From the NCBI GenBank assembly GCA_040772485.1, contig JAXGYC010000008.1, forward strand, positions 1 to 64,000: a DNA stretch of 64,000 bases, written 5' to 3'. This stretch comes from Sedimentisphaerales bacterium (lineage in GTDB: Bacteria; Planctomycetota; Phycisphaerae; Sedimentisphaerales; Anaerobacaceae). The translations under genes and the position numbers were made by a program. Below, piece by piece: positions 28,702 through 38,632 of the stretch. Within the stretch, counting starts at the first letter, position 1, and every line of letters starts with the position of its first letter. Under the pieces are notes generated by a model, which did not search any database, was not told the DNA's origin, and was given only the letters and a program-made list of their open reading frames with translations.

Positions 28702-29154
28702 TCACTCCAAGGCGAGGAAGCCAGAGAGCCTCTCAGTGAGTTTGCCAGGGTCCCGGGTCTGACACTCCCACACAATCAGGATTCGCCACCCCCCTTTTCG
28801 CAGCTTGCGCATGTTTCGCCTGTCCCGGTCCACGTTTGCCTGTCGTTTCGCCTGCCAGAAGTCCGCATTCGTCTTTGGAACTACCCGTCCATATTTGCAT
28901 CTGTGCATATGCCAGAAACAGCCGTGCACGAAAATCACCTTCCGATGGCGGATCAACACAATATCCGGCGTCCCTGGCAGATCGCGCCGATGGAGACGGA
29001 ATCGGTAACCCATGCGGTGAACGAGACTGCGCACGAAAACTTCTGGCTTCGTGTCCTTGCCGCGAATGGCCTGCATATTCCTTCGCCGCTGATCTGCGGT
29101 TCGACCAGTTGTATGGCGAAGACATGGTGGGGATAGAAGCTGCTTGATCGGCAC
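28702..29154 (-). CDS. vsr: Very short patch repair endonuclease (start uncertain)
   Basis: RNMQAIRGKDTKPE, LPGTPDIV, FVHGCFWH, N..RD, GWRILIVWEC. Confidence 0.92.
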   Translation of the reverse strand: MPIKQLLSPPCLRHTTGRTADQRRRNMQAIRGKDTKPEVFVRSLVHRMGYRFRLHRRDLPGTPDIVLIRHRKVIFVHGCFWHMHRCKYGRVVPKTNADFWQAKRQANVDRDRRNMRKLRKGGWRILIVWECQTRDPGKLTERLSGFLALE

Positions 29155-29157
29155 ACG

Positions 29158-29373
29158 CTAATGCGCATGTAGCTGCTCATCCTCTTCATCGCGAAGTGCG
29201 GGCGCACTGAGCCCTGTTGCTTCCTCCAGACTCCAAATAGCCTGGGAAAGTCTCCAGTACGCCTCCCAGAATTTCTCTTGGAGACCAGCTCTTTCCATGA
29301 AGGTCTTCTGGCGTTGAAGTGCAATTGCGAGAATCTGCAACCGCCTATCGGGTGGTTGAGTCTGTGCACGCAT
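29158..29373 (-). CDS. Small hypothetical protein
   Basis: Fills the gap between HNH and vsr on the same strand. Confidence 0.4.
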   Translation of the reverse strand: MRAQTQPPDRRLQILAIALQRQKTFMERAGLQEKFWEAYWRLSQAIWSLEEATGLSAPALRDEEDEQLHAH

Positions 29374-29388
29374 TTGAAGAATCTCCAG

Positions 29389-30183
29389 TCAGGCGGATGC
29401 CGCAAGCAGTTCACTGCGCCGAGCCAACAGAGTCGGATCAGGAGTCCACCGATCAGGGAGTGTCATCCGCTTACCCTCAAAACGATAGAGCATCTCGTGT
29501 GCTACCCGGTGCTCACGCGGTATCTTGCATCGGTCCGTAAGGTGAACAGCATACCGGTTGTCTATGTCGATGAAGCCTGCATCAAACGCTTTGTCGTGCA
29601 GCGCACAAAGGCAGATGCCGTTGCGTGGATTCATGCGGTTTGCCTCGTCTATGGCCCATCCGACGATATGAGAGGCTATAAGTAATTGTCGATCCGGCAA
29701 GCTGCAAATCGCGCATTGTTCTGCGTAACTCGACAGGATCATCCCGCGAAATAGATGTTGAGTAACTCGCACCCGGCGAATTGCTTCCCGACTTGTCCCC
29801 GCAGCAGCGACAAGAGGATCATCTTCTGAGGTCATACGAGGAGCTTGATTCATCGCCTGCGCAAAGGCGATCTCCGATTCGTAGCCAAGCTCTTCGGGGT
29901 GCCGCTGGAACTCGTTCCATATCTCTCTGTCGAGATCGGACACGCTCCGCAATCCCTTTATGCCTCGCGCGCGTAATGTAGGATCAAGGGATGCAAGATT
30001 GCAGCATTTCATGGCAACAGCATCAGGTGTACGCCCGAGTCTATCTGCAAGGCTGATTATCTCTCGGTTGCGCGCATGTAAGCGACCAAACGGCGTACGT
30101 GCATAGAAGTTGAACGCTGCCAGTGTCTCTCTCCGTGTCCAGTTCCGCTGTTTCGTTGCCACTGCTTCCCTCCGGCAACTCAA
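29389..30183 (-). CDS. HNH restriction endonuclease-like protein
   Basis: N-terminal WTRRE...LGRTPDAVAMK..NLASLD; CAIC...ASHI..W...NGICLCALHDKAFDAG (HNH_2). Confidence 0.88.
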   Translation of the reverse strand: MSCRREAVATKQRNWTRRETLAAFNFYARTPFGRLHARNREIISLADRLGRTPDAVAMKCCNLASLDPTLRARGIKGLRSVSDLDREIWNEFQRHPEELGYESEIAFAQAMNQAPRMTSEDDPLVAAAGTSREAIRRVRVTQHLFRGMILSSYAEQCAICSLPDRQLLIASHIVGWAIDEANRMNPRNGICLCALHDKAFDAGFIDIDNRYAVHLTDRCKIPREHRVAHEMLYRFEGKRMTLPDRWTPDPTLLARRSELLAASA

Positions 30184-30324
30184 ACCATCCTAAGGGGTGT
30201 TTCATTGATCTCAACAAACTAACGGCCTCCTCTCAAGCAGAAGAACCGCGTACGCGCGGCTTCTCTCCGGACCTAAGTTGATCGAGCGTTCAGCAAATGC
30301 GGTCTGACATCTTCCTGCTCCCCT

Positions 30325-30579
30325 TCACAGTCCGCGGTAAACCCAGTTCTCGTTGCCGGTGTTGTAGGGCGGGTCGATGTAGACGCACTTGACCTTTCCG
30401 GCGTACATGGGCAGCAGGGCCTTGAGGGCCTTGAGGTTGTCGCCGTGGATGATCAGGTTGTCGTGCAGGCTGACCTTGTCCGTCAGGGACTGGTCCGGAC
30501 GCGGGACCAACTGGTGGTACTTGACCAGCAGATGATGGTTCTGGACAAAGGACTTGCCTTTGAACTTCAGTTCAGCCAT
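30325..30579 (-). pseudogene. Truncated type III R-M Mod methyltransferase (N-terminus only)
   Basis: NLIIHGDNLKALKALLP.YAGKVKCVYIDPPYNTGNE then stop after ~84 codons. Confidence 0.85.
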
Positions 30580-30910
30580 GGACGACGGACTCCTTTCGAA
30601 AGCCAGAGGGTATCGTTCGCGAGCCGAGCCGTCAAGGTGGCGGGCGACGATTGGCAGAACACCTGCCCGGGCGGGTCCGGTCGCGTATCGCCCAAGACCG
30701 CTCGGCAGAGGTTGTCCAGCATATGGCGTCCTCCCGACGACACGCTCCAATGTACTAATGACCATACGCATTCGCCGGCCTCTTGTCAAGTGCGAATGCG
30801 CCTGGTGCGACACATTTTTGCCCGGGATGTTCTGGCATTCATGGCGGTTCCGATGCAGGGGGTCGGGCGGGGGGCGGCCGGAGGCCGCGTATCTCGTGGC
30901 ACGGCAGGTT

Positions 30911-31035
30911 GGAGGCCGGAGGCGGGAGACGGGAGGCGGGAACAGTTATTTGCCTGGGACCGTTGGCGCGGATACGCGCAGATGCGCACTCCCTGCGGCC
31001 TATCGTCTACGGTCTACGGCCTACAGCCTCCGGCC
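30911..31035. repeat. Inverted pair of degenerate heptamer arrays
   Basis: ggaggcc/ggaggcg/ggagacg units (30911-30940) facing cggccta/cgtcta/cggtcta/cagcctc units (30996-31035). Confidence 0.65.
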
Positions 31036-33562
31036 GGGGCGGGTGGAGGGCGGAGCACATCAGGATGGCGCTGGCGGTGCCGTCCATGGTGGGCTCGTTG
31101 GTGCTGTAGTCGGCGAGGTCGTCGTGGTAGACGGCGCGCGGGTCCTGGAACTCGGCCAGCGGATCGGGCTCGGTGATGCCGACGCCCTTGAGAGACCGGA
31201 AGATGCGTTCGTAGACCGGGCCGTCCACCAGGCCGCCACGCAAGGTCCGGCCGGTCAGCCGCGTGGTCATCAGGTGCACGTTCTGCGGCGAGACGACGCC
31301 GGTGCCCATGAATTGCGTGACGCCCCAGGGATTTCGGCCCAGCAGCCAGTCGCGATGCCGGACGGCGAATTCGCGATAGCGCCCATCGCCGGTCATCCGC
31401 TCGTAGAGTTCACACTGCGTCACCAGGGCCACCACGAGGTTGTTCGAGCACCAGATGAACGGAACGCCGATGCCGAACGGGTTCTTCTCGCTCGCAGCAC
31501 GGCAGCGTTCGATTCCCTCGCGATACCAGCCTTCGAGCCGCCTTTGGAACTCGGCGTCCGCGACGCCGTGCAGGCGGAAATGGCCGGCGTTGAAGAAGGG
31601 GTAAAACTCGTAGTGGCCGGTCTGCTCGCGGCCCATCCACGATTCCGAGCCGGCCAGGTGCGCGTAGCGCCTGGCGTCGTCAAGGTAGCGCGTGTCGCCC
31701 GTCGCCCGAAAGAGTTCGGCAGCGCCCCACTCCATGTCATCGGCCCAGGTGGTCTCGGCGTAGCGATAGGGTGCGCCGTACGAGTTGCCCTGCTGGACGC
31801 CTTCGCGGGCGCGACCGAGGCGGTAGACTTCCTCGCCCGCCGTCAGGCAGCGTCGCGCGAACGCGGCCTCGTTCGGGTCGTCCTTCCAGACCTGGAAGGC
31901 CAGGGCCATCGCGGCGGCGTAGCGTCCGGCGAGGTTGGCCAGACCCGTCGATTCGCTCGCGTAGCGTCCGAGCCCCTGCGGCCGGCCGTCGGCGGCATAC
32001 ACCACGCGGGGGCCGCCCTTGCCCCAGCCGTAGTCGGCGGGGTCGTCCGGCGGCAGGCGCCAGCCGCAATGATCGCGATCGTCCGCCACCTGATGATACA
32101 GCACCTCCGGCGACGGATGCAGCTTCAGCATCCATTCGAGTCCCCAGCGGGCCTCGTCGAGCAGATCGGGCAGGCCGTTGCCGCCGGGGCGGCCGAGGGC
32201 GTCGAACCGATCGCCGAAGATCGCCGATCGCGGTTGTTCCGCCGCCGCATCGTGCAATTTCCAGGCGAGCAGCATCTGCGCCGTGGCGTTGCTCGACGTG
32301 AGCAGATACTTCAGGAGGTCGGCGGCATCGTGCCAGCCGCCGCGAGCGTCGATGGCGGTTCCCGCGGGAAGCGGTCCGTATGCCGTGCGGCCGTCGAGCT
32401 GGTGACAGTGGGCATTCAGCCACGGATTGAAGCCGCAACGCTGCTGACGCATGAACTCCAGCAGCAGACCCGGCAGCGGCTCGAAGACCGCGTCGTCCAC
32501 AACGACCGGCTCGGAGACGGCACCGCCAACACGAAGGCGGTATCGCCCGGGCCGACGCAGCGACGAGAAGTCGAGTTCCGTGACGTGATCGAATCGGCCC
32601 CAGCGCATCCCCGTCGCGGGACGCGTGACGCCCTGGAACACCGATCGGCCCGAGTCCAATTCGATGACATCGAAGCGCTCGCCAAGCGGCACGCGGCCGA
32701 GCGCGACGGCGAGCTTCGGGCCTTGCACGGTGTAGCCAACCTGACTGGCGCGAACGTGGCGCGCCAGCAGGCGGTCGATGCGCTCGAACGCGTAACCTCT
32801 CTCTTTGAGCGCGGCGAGCAACTCCGGCAGACGCGCGTGCATCTTGTCCGCGCGTTCGGGGCCGGCTCCCACGTGCATCAGCAGCACAAAGCCGTTGAGT
32901 CCGGCCGGGTCTGCCGATTCATGTTGCAGGATGCTGTCGAGGATCGCCTGTGACGAGACGAAGTTACGGTCCTTCTCGGTCGTGTAGTCGGCCGCCGAGC
33001 GCGTGCCGGGCGAGAGGTTGACCAGCGTCAGACCCATCGCGTTTGTCCAGTCGCAGATGTCGCGGTTGTGGTGCTCGTAGGCGGGCAGGAAGAACTGCAC
33101 GTGACGGCGTGTGACGCCAGACCGCTCCAGCTCGCGCAGGTTGGTGTCGAGGTCTGCTCCAAACTCGTCGCGTGTCAGCAGCGTCCGTCGCTCCGGCGTC
33201 CAATCGCAGTAGAGCCGGTGCCGGTCGGAATGCGGGCCTACGTAGTGGCCCTCGGCCAGCATCCGCCGGACCAGCGATGCGAACGCGGCGTTACGTAGGA
33301 AGTCGCCGGTCAGAAAGAACGACGCCTTGGCGTCGTGCAGGGCCAGTGCATCGAGGATCGCTTCGGCGCCTTCGGCAAACTCATGACCGGTGAACACCAA
33401 AGCCAGCCGCGGCGTCGATCTCGAACCGCGCACGACGGCGCCGTCCTGATACGTGAACGGGTCGTTGTCCATCGTCTCGCCGGCGGCCGGGCGCAAGGAC
33501 GGCCGAGCGCAGAGCGCCAGCCATGCAGTCAATATAACGAACACGTATCGCCCGGAACCCAT
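31007..33562 (-). CDS. Polysaccharide-deacetylase domain fused to GH9 glycoside hydrolase
   Basis: N-terminal ASFFLTG, GPHSDRH, LLMH (NodB-like); GH9 GGWHDAAD, YHQVADD, DYSTNEPTMDG. Confidence 0.85.
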   Translation of the reverse strand: MGSGRYVFVILTAWLALCARPSLRPAAGETMDNDPFTYQDGAVVRGSRSTPRLALVFTGHEFAEGAEAILDALALHDAKASFFLTGDFLRNAAFASLVRRMLAEGHYVGPHSDRHRLYCDWTPERRTLLTRDEFGADLDTNLRELERSGVTRRHVQFFLPAYEHHNRDICDWTNAMGLTLVNLSPGTRSAADYTTEKDRNFVSSQAILDSILQHESADPAGLNGFVLLMHVGAGPERADKMHARLPELLAALKERGYAFERIDRLLARHVRASQVGYTVQGPKLAVALGRVPLGERFDVIELDSGRSVFQGVTRPATGMRWGRFDHVTELDFSSLRRPGRYRLRVGGAVSEPVVVDDAVFEPLPGLLLEFMRQQRCGFNPWLNAHCHQLDGRTAYGPLPAGTAIDARGGWHDAADLLKYLLTSSNATAQMLLAWKLHDAAAEQPRSAIFGDRFDALGRPGGNGLPDLLDEARWGLEWMLKLHPSPEVLYHQVADDRDHCGWRLPPDDPADYGWGKGGPRVVYAADGRPQGLGRYASESTGLANLAGRYAAAMALAFQVWKDDPNEAAFARRCLTAGEEVYRLGRAREGVQQGNSYGAPYRYAETTWADDMEWGAAELFRATGDTRYLDDARRYAHLAGSESWMGREQTGHYEFYPFFNAGHFRLHGVADAEFQRRLEGWYREGIERCRAASEKNPFGIGVPFIWCSNNLVVALVTQCELYERMTGDGRYREFAVRHRDWLLGRNPWGVTQFMGTGVVSPQNVHLMTTRLTGRTLRGGLVDGPVYERIFRSLKGVGITEPDPLAEFQDPRAVYHDDLADYSTNEPTMDGTASAILMCSALHPPRPEAVGRRP

Positions 33563-33574
33563 AGGGATTCCCCA

Positions 33575-34831
33575 TCATCGGGCGGTTCGCACGAGCGCCC
33601 CTCCGCCGGGGGGCAGGGTCAGCTCGACGGCGGATTTGTTCGCAGAGGTCCATCGGGCGATCCCGGCGTCGAACTGCTGCAGCGCGCCCGGGCCGACGAG
33701 CGTGACGCGCGCCTCGGTGGCGTAGTCCAGGTTCACGACGACTACGTGAGTCGGCTTCTGCCCAGCGCCGAAGAAGCCGAGCAGGAAGCCTCGCGGCGAG
33801 GCGGGCGACGCCGACGAATCGATGCGGAAGTCGGCGTCCGGCGGCAACGGCTCGCAGCCACGCTCGCGCATCGAGGTGTGATACACGCCGAGCGAGCGCA
33901 AGGGCTGGAGCTCCCTGGCGATGGCGACGAATTCGCGATTGTAGGATTTGACCGCGTGGTAGAGCGGCCCTGGCGTCCCGTCCAGGCCGACCAGACTGCC
34001 GTGGTGGTTCGGGTGGGCGTAGACATAGTAGCTGATGCCCTGCGCACCGTAGGCCACGGTGGAGTAGACCAGGTAGCGCAGCTCGTCGACGTTCGGAATG
34101 CGCATCGCGTCGGGCGCCCAGGTGCAGGCCTGCACGATGTTGAGGAACGGCACGCCCGCCTCTTGCGCTGTGCGGCGGATCATCGCCAGGTTCAGGAAGT
34201 ACTGGTCGCCGTCGCCCTTGAGCTGGAACTGATAGTGGTCGTAGCTGATGAGCGAAGGCCTCACCTGCTCAACGTAGAGACGCAAGTGCTCCGCGTAGGC
34301 GGTGACCGTGTCGCCTTTGGTGCCCAGTTGCTGATTGTTGGCGTAGGTCGGAAACAGATTGATGTAGGCCAGATGCAGAGGATCGCGCTGGCGCATGTAT
34401 GCCACCAGCTTGCCGAGCGCCGGGAACTGCGCCGCGCTGGGCTCGTCGATCAGGTGATAGGAATACAGCGCCGGATGCTTGCTGACGCGGGCGATCAGGG
34501 CGTCCAACTGCTGACGGCGGTCGGGATCGTCGAGCGAGGCGGGGGTGAACAGGCCGCTGGTGAGTTGGCCGCGAAGGCCGTGACGATGCGCGATGTCGAG
34601 TTCCGCTTCGCTGCCGCACCAGACGAGGTTGAAGCCGCCTTCAACCATCTGCTGCGCCACCGCGTCGGTGATCCCAGGACCGGCCCAGTAAGTGGCGATC
34701 GGCGTCCCGACCTGCCACGAGGAGCCAGGCTGGGCCACCGCCCCACCGATCAACGGATTGCACGAGAACAGAAACAGACAGAGAATACACGCCAACTTCG
34801 CCGCGCCCGAGTGTTCAATCCGAGTTCTCAT
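33575..34831 (-). CDS. Secreted glycoside-hydrolase-like protein
   Basis: Signal peptide; YHLIDEP, YINLFP, ISYDHY, AYGAQGISYY TIM-barrel-like motifs. Confidence 0.65.
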   Translation of the reverse strand: MRTRIEHSGAAKLACILCLFLFSCNPLIGGAVAQPGSSWQVGTPIATYWAGPGITDAVAQQMVEGGFNLVWCGSEAELDIAHRHGLRGQLTSGLFTPASLDDPDRRQQLDALIARVSKHPALYSYHLIDEPSAAQFPALGKLVAYMRQRDPLHLAYINLFPTYANNQQLGTKGDTVTAYAEHLRLYVEQVRPSLISYDHYQFQLKGDGDQYFLNLAMIRRTAQEAGVPFLNIVQACTWAPDAMRIPNVDELRYLVYSTVAYGAQGISYYVYAHPNHHGSLVGLDGTPGPLYHAVKSYNREFVAIARELQPLRSLGVYHTSMRERGCEPLPPDADFRIDSSASPASPRGFLLGFFGAGQKPTHVVVVNLDYATEARVTLVGPGALQQFDAGIARWTSANKSAVELTLPPGGGALVRTAR

Positions 34832-34897
34832 TGTGTGGACCTCCCAAACATAACTACCATACGCCGAACGGCCACCTGCTCCCGCTGTCGTAATACG

Positions 34898-35314
34898 CTA
34901 TTTCTTCGCCTTTATCAATAGCACGAGGTTTCTCACGGCCAACGGAATAGCAACCAGACAGCCCGCCCCAAGGAACCAGAACCACGCCATGCCTGAGGCG
35001 TCGTCCCCGCCCGGCCACTCCGTCATGGGGTACAGACATGGAATCCAGAGCGTCAGGTGCGTCACGATCGCCGCGATGAGGAATCCCCGGTTGCGTTGCC
35101 GCCAGATCAGTCCGGCCAGGGCCAGAACCGTGCTGGCGCCCGACAGAACGAGGAACGGCCGCGTCGTGTGGTACCTGCCTCCGGCCATCCCCTCCGATAT
35201 GAAGAGCGCCCACAGGAACAGGGCGAACGAGGCGAACAGGTACCGACGCAGCCGCCTGTTGATCCAGCGCGGGTCCAGGCTTTCCACATTCACGGCTGCA
35301 TCGTCCCTCTGCAT
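34898..35314 (-). CDS. Small membrane protein
   Basis: Four hydrophobic segments; WPGGDD..GMAW motif. Confidence 0.55.
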   Translation of the reverse strand: MQRDDAAVNVESLDPRWINRRLRRYLFASFALFLWALFISEGMAGGRYHTTRPFLVLSGASTVLALAGLIWRQRNRGFLIAAIVTHLTLWIPCLYPMTEWPGGDDASGMAWFWFLGAGCLVAIPLAVRNLVLLIKAKK

Positions 35315-35351
35315 AGGTCAATCCTCCCGTGATGGCAAGCCCACAATACTC

Positions 35352-35762
35352 TCAGACGAAATCCTCCACGGACTTGACGGCAACACGCTTGCACGTGAAT
35401 GAACCCGCGCAACCATAGGACGAGTAGATCGCAACGCCGATGCGGTCTTGCGCCGCCCGCATGTGGAGGTTGAAAACCGCGTTCTGCTCGTTGAACCCAA
35501 CAATCTCTTCGGACTCGACACTGCTGAATCGTATCGTGATCATGGCCTGTTTGTCGAGGAGGTATCGGCCTTCTTCGTCGAGATCGCCTGTCCATGTGAA
35601 GACGCGGACGCGCATGTCAAGGTACGGACCATCGGGGCCATTGCGATCCAGAAGAATGGAATGGATTTCCGAATCGTGGAAGGAAGGCCAGCGTCCGAAC
35701 CTCTGCAAGACCACCTGGTGGTTCTCGATAGCCTGTACCTCAATTTCCGGCGAGTGGCTCAT
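35352..35762 (-). CDS. Imm50-family immunity protein
   Basis: FGRWPSFHDSEI...GFNEQN...SSYG...F.C. Confidence 0.75.
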   Translation of the reverse strand: MSHSPEIEVQAIENHQVVLQRFGRWPSFHDSEIHSILLDRNGPDGPYLDMRVRVFTWTGDLDEEGRYLLDKQAMITIRFSSVESEEIVGFNEQNAVFNLHMRAAQDRIGVAIYSSYGCAGSFTCKRVAVKSVEDFV

Positions 35763-35844
35763 GTTCTTCTGTCTCCTGCAAACAAGAGGCACAGCCATCT
35801 GTCCGTCTTGCAGGGTAAGTCCCAGGCGGCGTACGCCACACGCC

Positions 35845-36138
35845 TCATCTGGCCTCCGCGTGCAGCTTCAAACCCAACGCAGCAATGACTTTGAGGATGG
35901 TGTCGAAACCGGGAGTCCGCTCGCCCGAAAGGGCTTTGTAGAGACTCTCGCGGGACAGGCCCGCCTCGCGTGCCACCTGCGACATCCCTTTGGCGCGGGC
36001 GATGTCCCCCAGCGCCTTGGCGAGGAACGCGGCATCGCCGTTGGCTTGCTCCAGGCACGCTTCAAAGTACGCTGCCATTTCCTCCGGGGTCCGGAGATGT
36101 TCGGCAACGTCGTATCGCGTCGTCTTCGTTTTCGCCAT
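35845..36138 (-). CDS. Addiction module antidote (HigA-like HTH)
   Basis: YDVAEHL...ALGDIARAKGMSQVAREAGLSRESLYKALS..P.FDT. Confidence 0.92.
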   Translation of the reverse strand: MAKTKTTRYDVAEHLRTPEEMAAYFEACLEQANGDAAFLAKALGDIARAKGMSQVAREAGLSRESLYKALSGERTPGFDTILKVIAALGLKLHAEAR

Positions 36139-36147
36139 GACCACCCC

Positions 36148-36438
36148 CTAAAGACTGCGTGCCAGACGCAGGGCCTTTCTTATGTCCGCCGCCTGAGTAC
36201 GCTTGTCGTGCCTAGCCAGCGGGGTCACGACGGTCTGCCCGATCTTCCTGTAATAGACCCTGTAGCCAGGGCCGTAGTCGATCCACAGTTCCGAAACACC
36301 CTCGCCCAGCGCTTTTACGTCCCCAGGATTTCCGAGGGACAATCGCTCGATTCGTACCAGAATGCGAGCCTTTGCCCGGATGTCACGCAAACCGTCGATC
36401 CATTTCGCAAACACATCGGTCTTGCGAATCTCAACCAT
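36148..36438 (-). CDS. Addiction module killer (RelE/HigB-like toxin)
   Basis: F.KW...LRD..AKARI..RI.RL..GNPGD.K..GEGVSEL.IDYGPGYRVY...DK.TQ..DI. Confidence 0.9.
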   Translation of the reverse strand: MVEIRKTDVFAKWIDGLRDIRAKARILVRIERLSLGNPGDVKALGEGVSELWIDYGPGYRVYYRKIGQTVVTPLARHDKRTQAADIRKALRLARSL

Positions 36439-36596
36439 AGGCACAGCGTAGCCATTTGGCTACATGCTGTCAATAGCCTTTTTTGATGCGATTACCCGTC
36501 TTGGCCTGGAGTTAGGGTCCGGTTTATAGTGATCCCGATGGCCATCGGGAGGATCGAGGGCTGGCCAGGGACGCGACGCGTTTCGCGCTCGCCGGC

Positions 36597-36927
36597 GGAT
36601 TTCTCCATTCCGCTTCGCTCCAGTCGAAATGACAAGGTCGTGGTGTAGCTTCGTCTGCGTTCGCGGAAACGGCGCATTCGCTTTCTTTGTCACTCCGAGT
36701 GTAGTGATGCGTTCCCTTTTCTGTCCCCCCGAGCGGAACGAAGTGCAGCCGAAGGGCCTGGCCGGAGACGCGACGCGCCTCTTGTGCGCGACGGCCCGCT
36801 CGTTTGTCATCCCGAGCGGAGCAACGCGGAGTCGAGGGATCTGGCCATAGACCGGACGCGCTCCCTATTCGCGACCAGATTTCTCCAGTTCGGGCCGGTA
36901 GCCATCGGCCCTCTGGTCGAAATGACA
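36597..36927. repeat. Cluster of TGTCA...TGACA palindromic elements
   Basis: Complete element 36805-36927 (tgtcatcccgagc...gtcgaaatgaca), partial copies 36597-36634 and from 36722; related to 46617-46730 and 48396-48487. Confidence 0.7.
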
Positions 36928-37124
36928 TGACCGCAAAGACACGCCATGGGCTGAAGCCCATCCAGCGCTTTCTCCTTCGGCCAAAACGGGGAATCGCGTC
37001 CCTTTTTGTGGTGACGTACGGAGGCTTGATGAGCCGCCCGCTCCCACAGCGTTTGACGCACACAGCGGATCATATCGTACAAAGTGCGTTCCCTGCAGGT
37101 ACGGATCGCAGCCATGCTGCAAGG

Positions 37125-38408
37125 TCAGGTGGCCCGCAGGGCGACCTTGTTGGCGCCGTCGATGAAGATGATTTTGACATCGGGTTGCTCGGCGAGCCAG
37201 CCGTCCACCACCGCCTGCGGGTCGTGCGCGGGATGCATATGGGCCGCCGCGACGAGGGCGTCGGCAATCTGCGTGTGCATCCAGACGCGTCGCAGCCGGC
37301 GGATCAGCACGGCGAACTTGTACGGCTTGTGACTGTAGAGGACATAGTCCTGGCGGATCGACCGGATGACCTCCTCCAGCGGGGCCGTCAGGCGATCGTA
37401 GAAGTTCGCGAGGGTCTGCGGCTCGCCGATGCCGTTGGGGCAGGCGGCCAGGAACAGCACCTCTCCGCCGTCCGCCACGGCGGCCCGGTTCAGCTCCAGG
37501 GCCCGCTGGGCGATGTACAGGTCTTCGTCGTTGGAAAGGCCTCCCGGCGAGACAACCAGCCGCGACGCCGGAGTGACCGTCTGGATGTTCCGCTCGTCAG
37601 TTACGAGAAACGATTCGGCGCTCACCTCCTGGATCGGCCCGAACCGCGCCCAGAGCAGCCGCGTGCCGGCGCTGAGCATCACCAACGCATAGATCGGCCT
37701 GCCTTTGGCGATCAGCTCCATGCCCTCCACCATATCCGCGGCCAGCGGGTTGTTTCGCTGCTCGGCCCTGGGATGCCACGGGTGCGCCGCGTGCGTGGAT
37801 TCATCGAGCAGGGCCAGGCTGTGATTCTGCTCGACCGTGCGAAAGGCGCTGATGCCCGGCACGAAGTTCTTCACCGGATTCGAGTAGCCCGCGAAGTAAT
37901 GGACCTTCACATCGGAGACCGCCAGAAAAACGTCCGCCTCCTCGGCAAACGCGTTGACCAGCACCTGCGTTCCTCGCGACGTGCGGCCGAGGTCGAGGAA
38001 CTGGTCGGCCTGGCAGTCATGGGCATGGATTCGCGTCACGTTCAGACCGGCATTGCGTCGGGCCTTTTCGATCTCGTGTCCGATCTGGCGGTTCTTCGGC
38101 GTGTCGGCCGTGTGGGTCCCGGTGCAGATCAGGAACTGGACCGAGGCGGCCCGCCGCAGCGCGTCGCACACGTGCGGCAGCACCTCCGGCAGGGGCTCAT
38201 CGCGCGTGCCGTCGTCGACGAGTACGCACACGCGCTTGCCGGCGACCTCGTCGCGAAACGCGCCGGCTTGGCCGTCCATGATGTCTTGCAGGCCCGCCGC
38301 CGCATCCCCGCCCTGCGGCCCCTGCCACGGCCGGATGATCTCCTGCACATTCCGATCCGGCACCCGAAGAGTGACAACGCCTGTTCCATAATGCAGGTCT
38401 ACGTTCAT
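37125..38408 (-). CDS. Lactate racemase (LarA) domain protein
   Basis: LVDDGTR, ICTGTH, HDC, HYFAGYS..K..VPG, SPGG...D..LY.AQRALE. Confidence 0.85.
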   Translation of the reverse strand: MNVDLHYGTGVVTLRVPDRNVQEIIRPWQGPQGGDAAAGLQDIMDGQAGAFRDEVAGKRVCVLVDDGTRDEPLPEVLPHVCDALRRAASVQFLICTGTHTADTPKNRQIGHEIEKARRNAGLNVTRIHAHDCQADQFLDLGRTSRGTQVLVNAFAEEADVFLAVSDVKVHYFAGYSNPVKNFVPGISAFRTVEQNHSLALLDESTHAAHPWHPRAEQRNNPLAADMVEGMELIAKGRPIYALVMLSAGTRLLWARFGPIQEVSAESFLVTDERNIQTVTPASRLVVSPGGLSNDEDLYIAQRALELNRAAVADGGEVLFLAACPNGIGEPQTLANFYDRLTAPLEEVIRSIRQDYVLYSHKPYKFAVLIRRLRRVWMHTQIADALVAAAHMHPAHDPQAVVDGWLAEQPDVKIIFIDGANKVALRAT

Positions 38409-38632
38409 GATCGCCCCTAAGACCTCATATGTCCTCGTACCTCCGCCCTCGTCAACAGAGTATCCTATCAACTGCCCACGAAAAGCAGTACACCAAAAAT
38501 GAATCGCATACCCTACAGTCGCCTTTTTGCTTGGCTCTCCGCCGCGCGTCTGGCATAATAGTCACCCTGTGGAACACGCGTAGCGAAAGTGTGATGATTC
38601 AGTTGGTACCCGATTGGGGCTGGACGTGAGCC

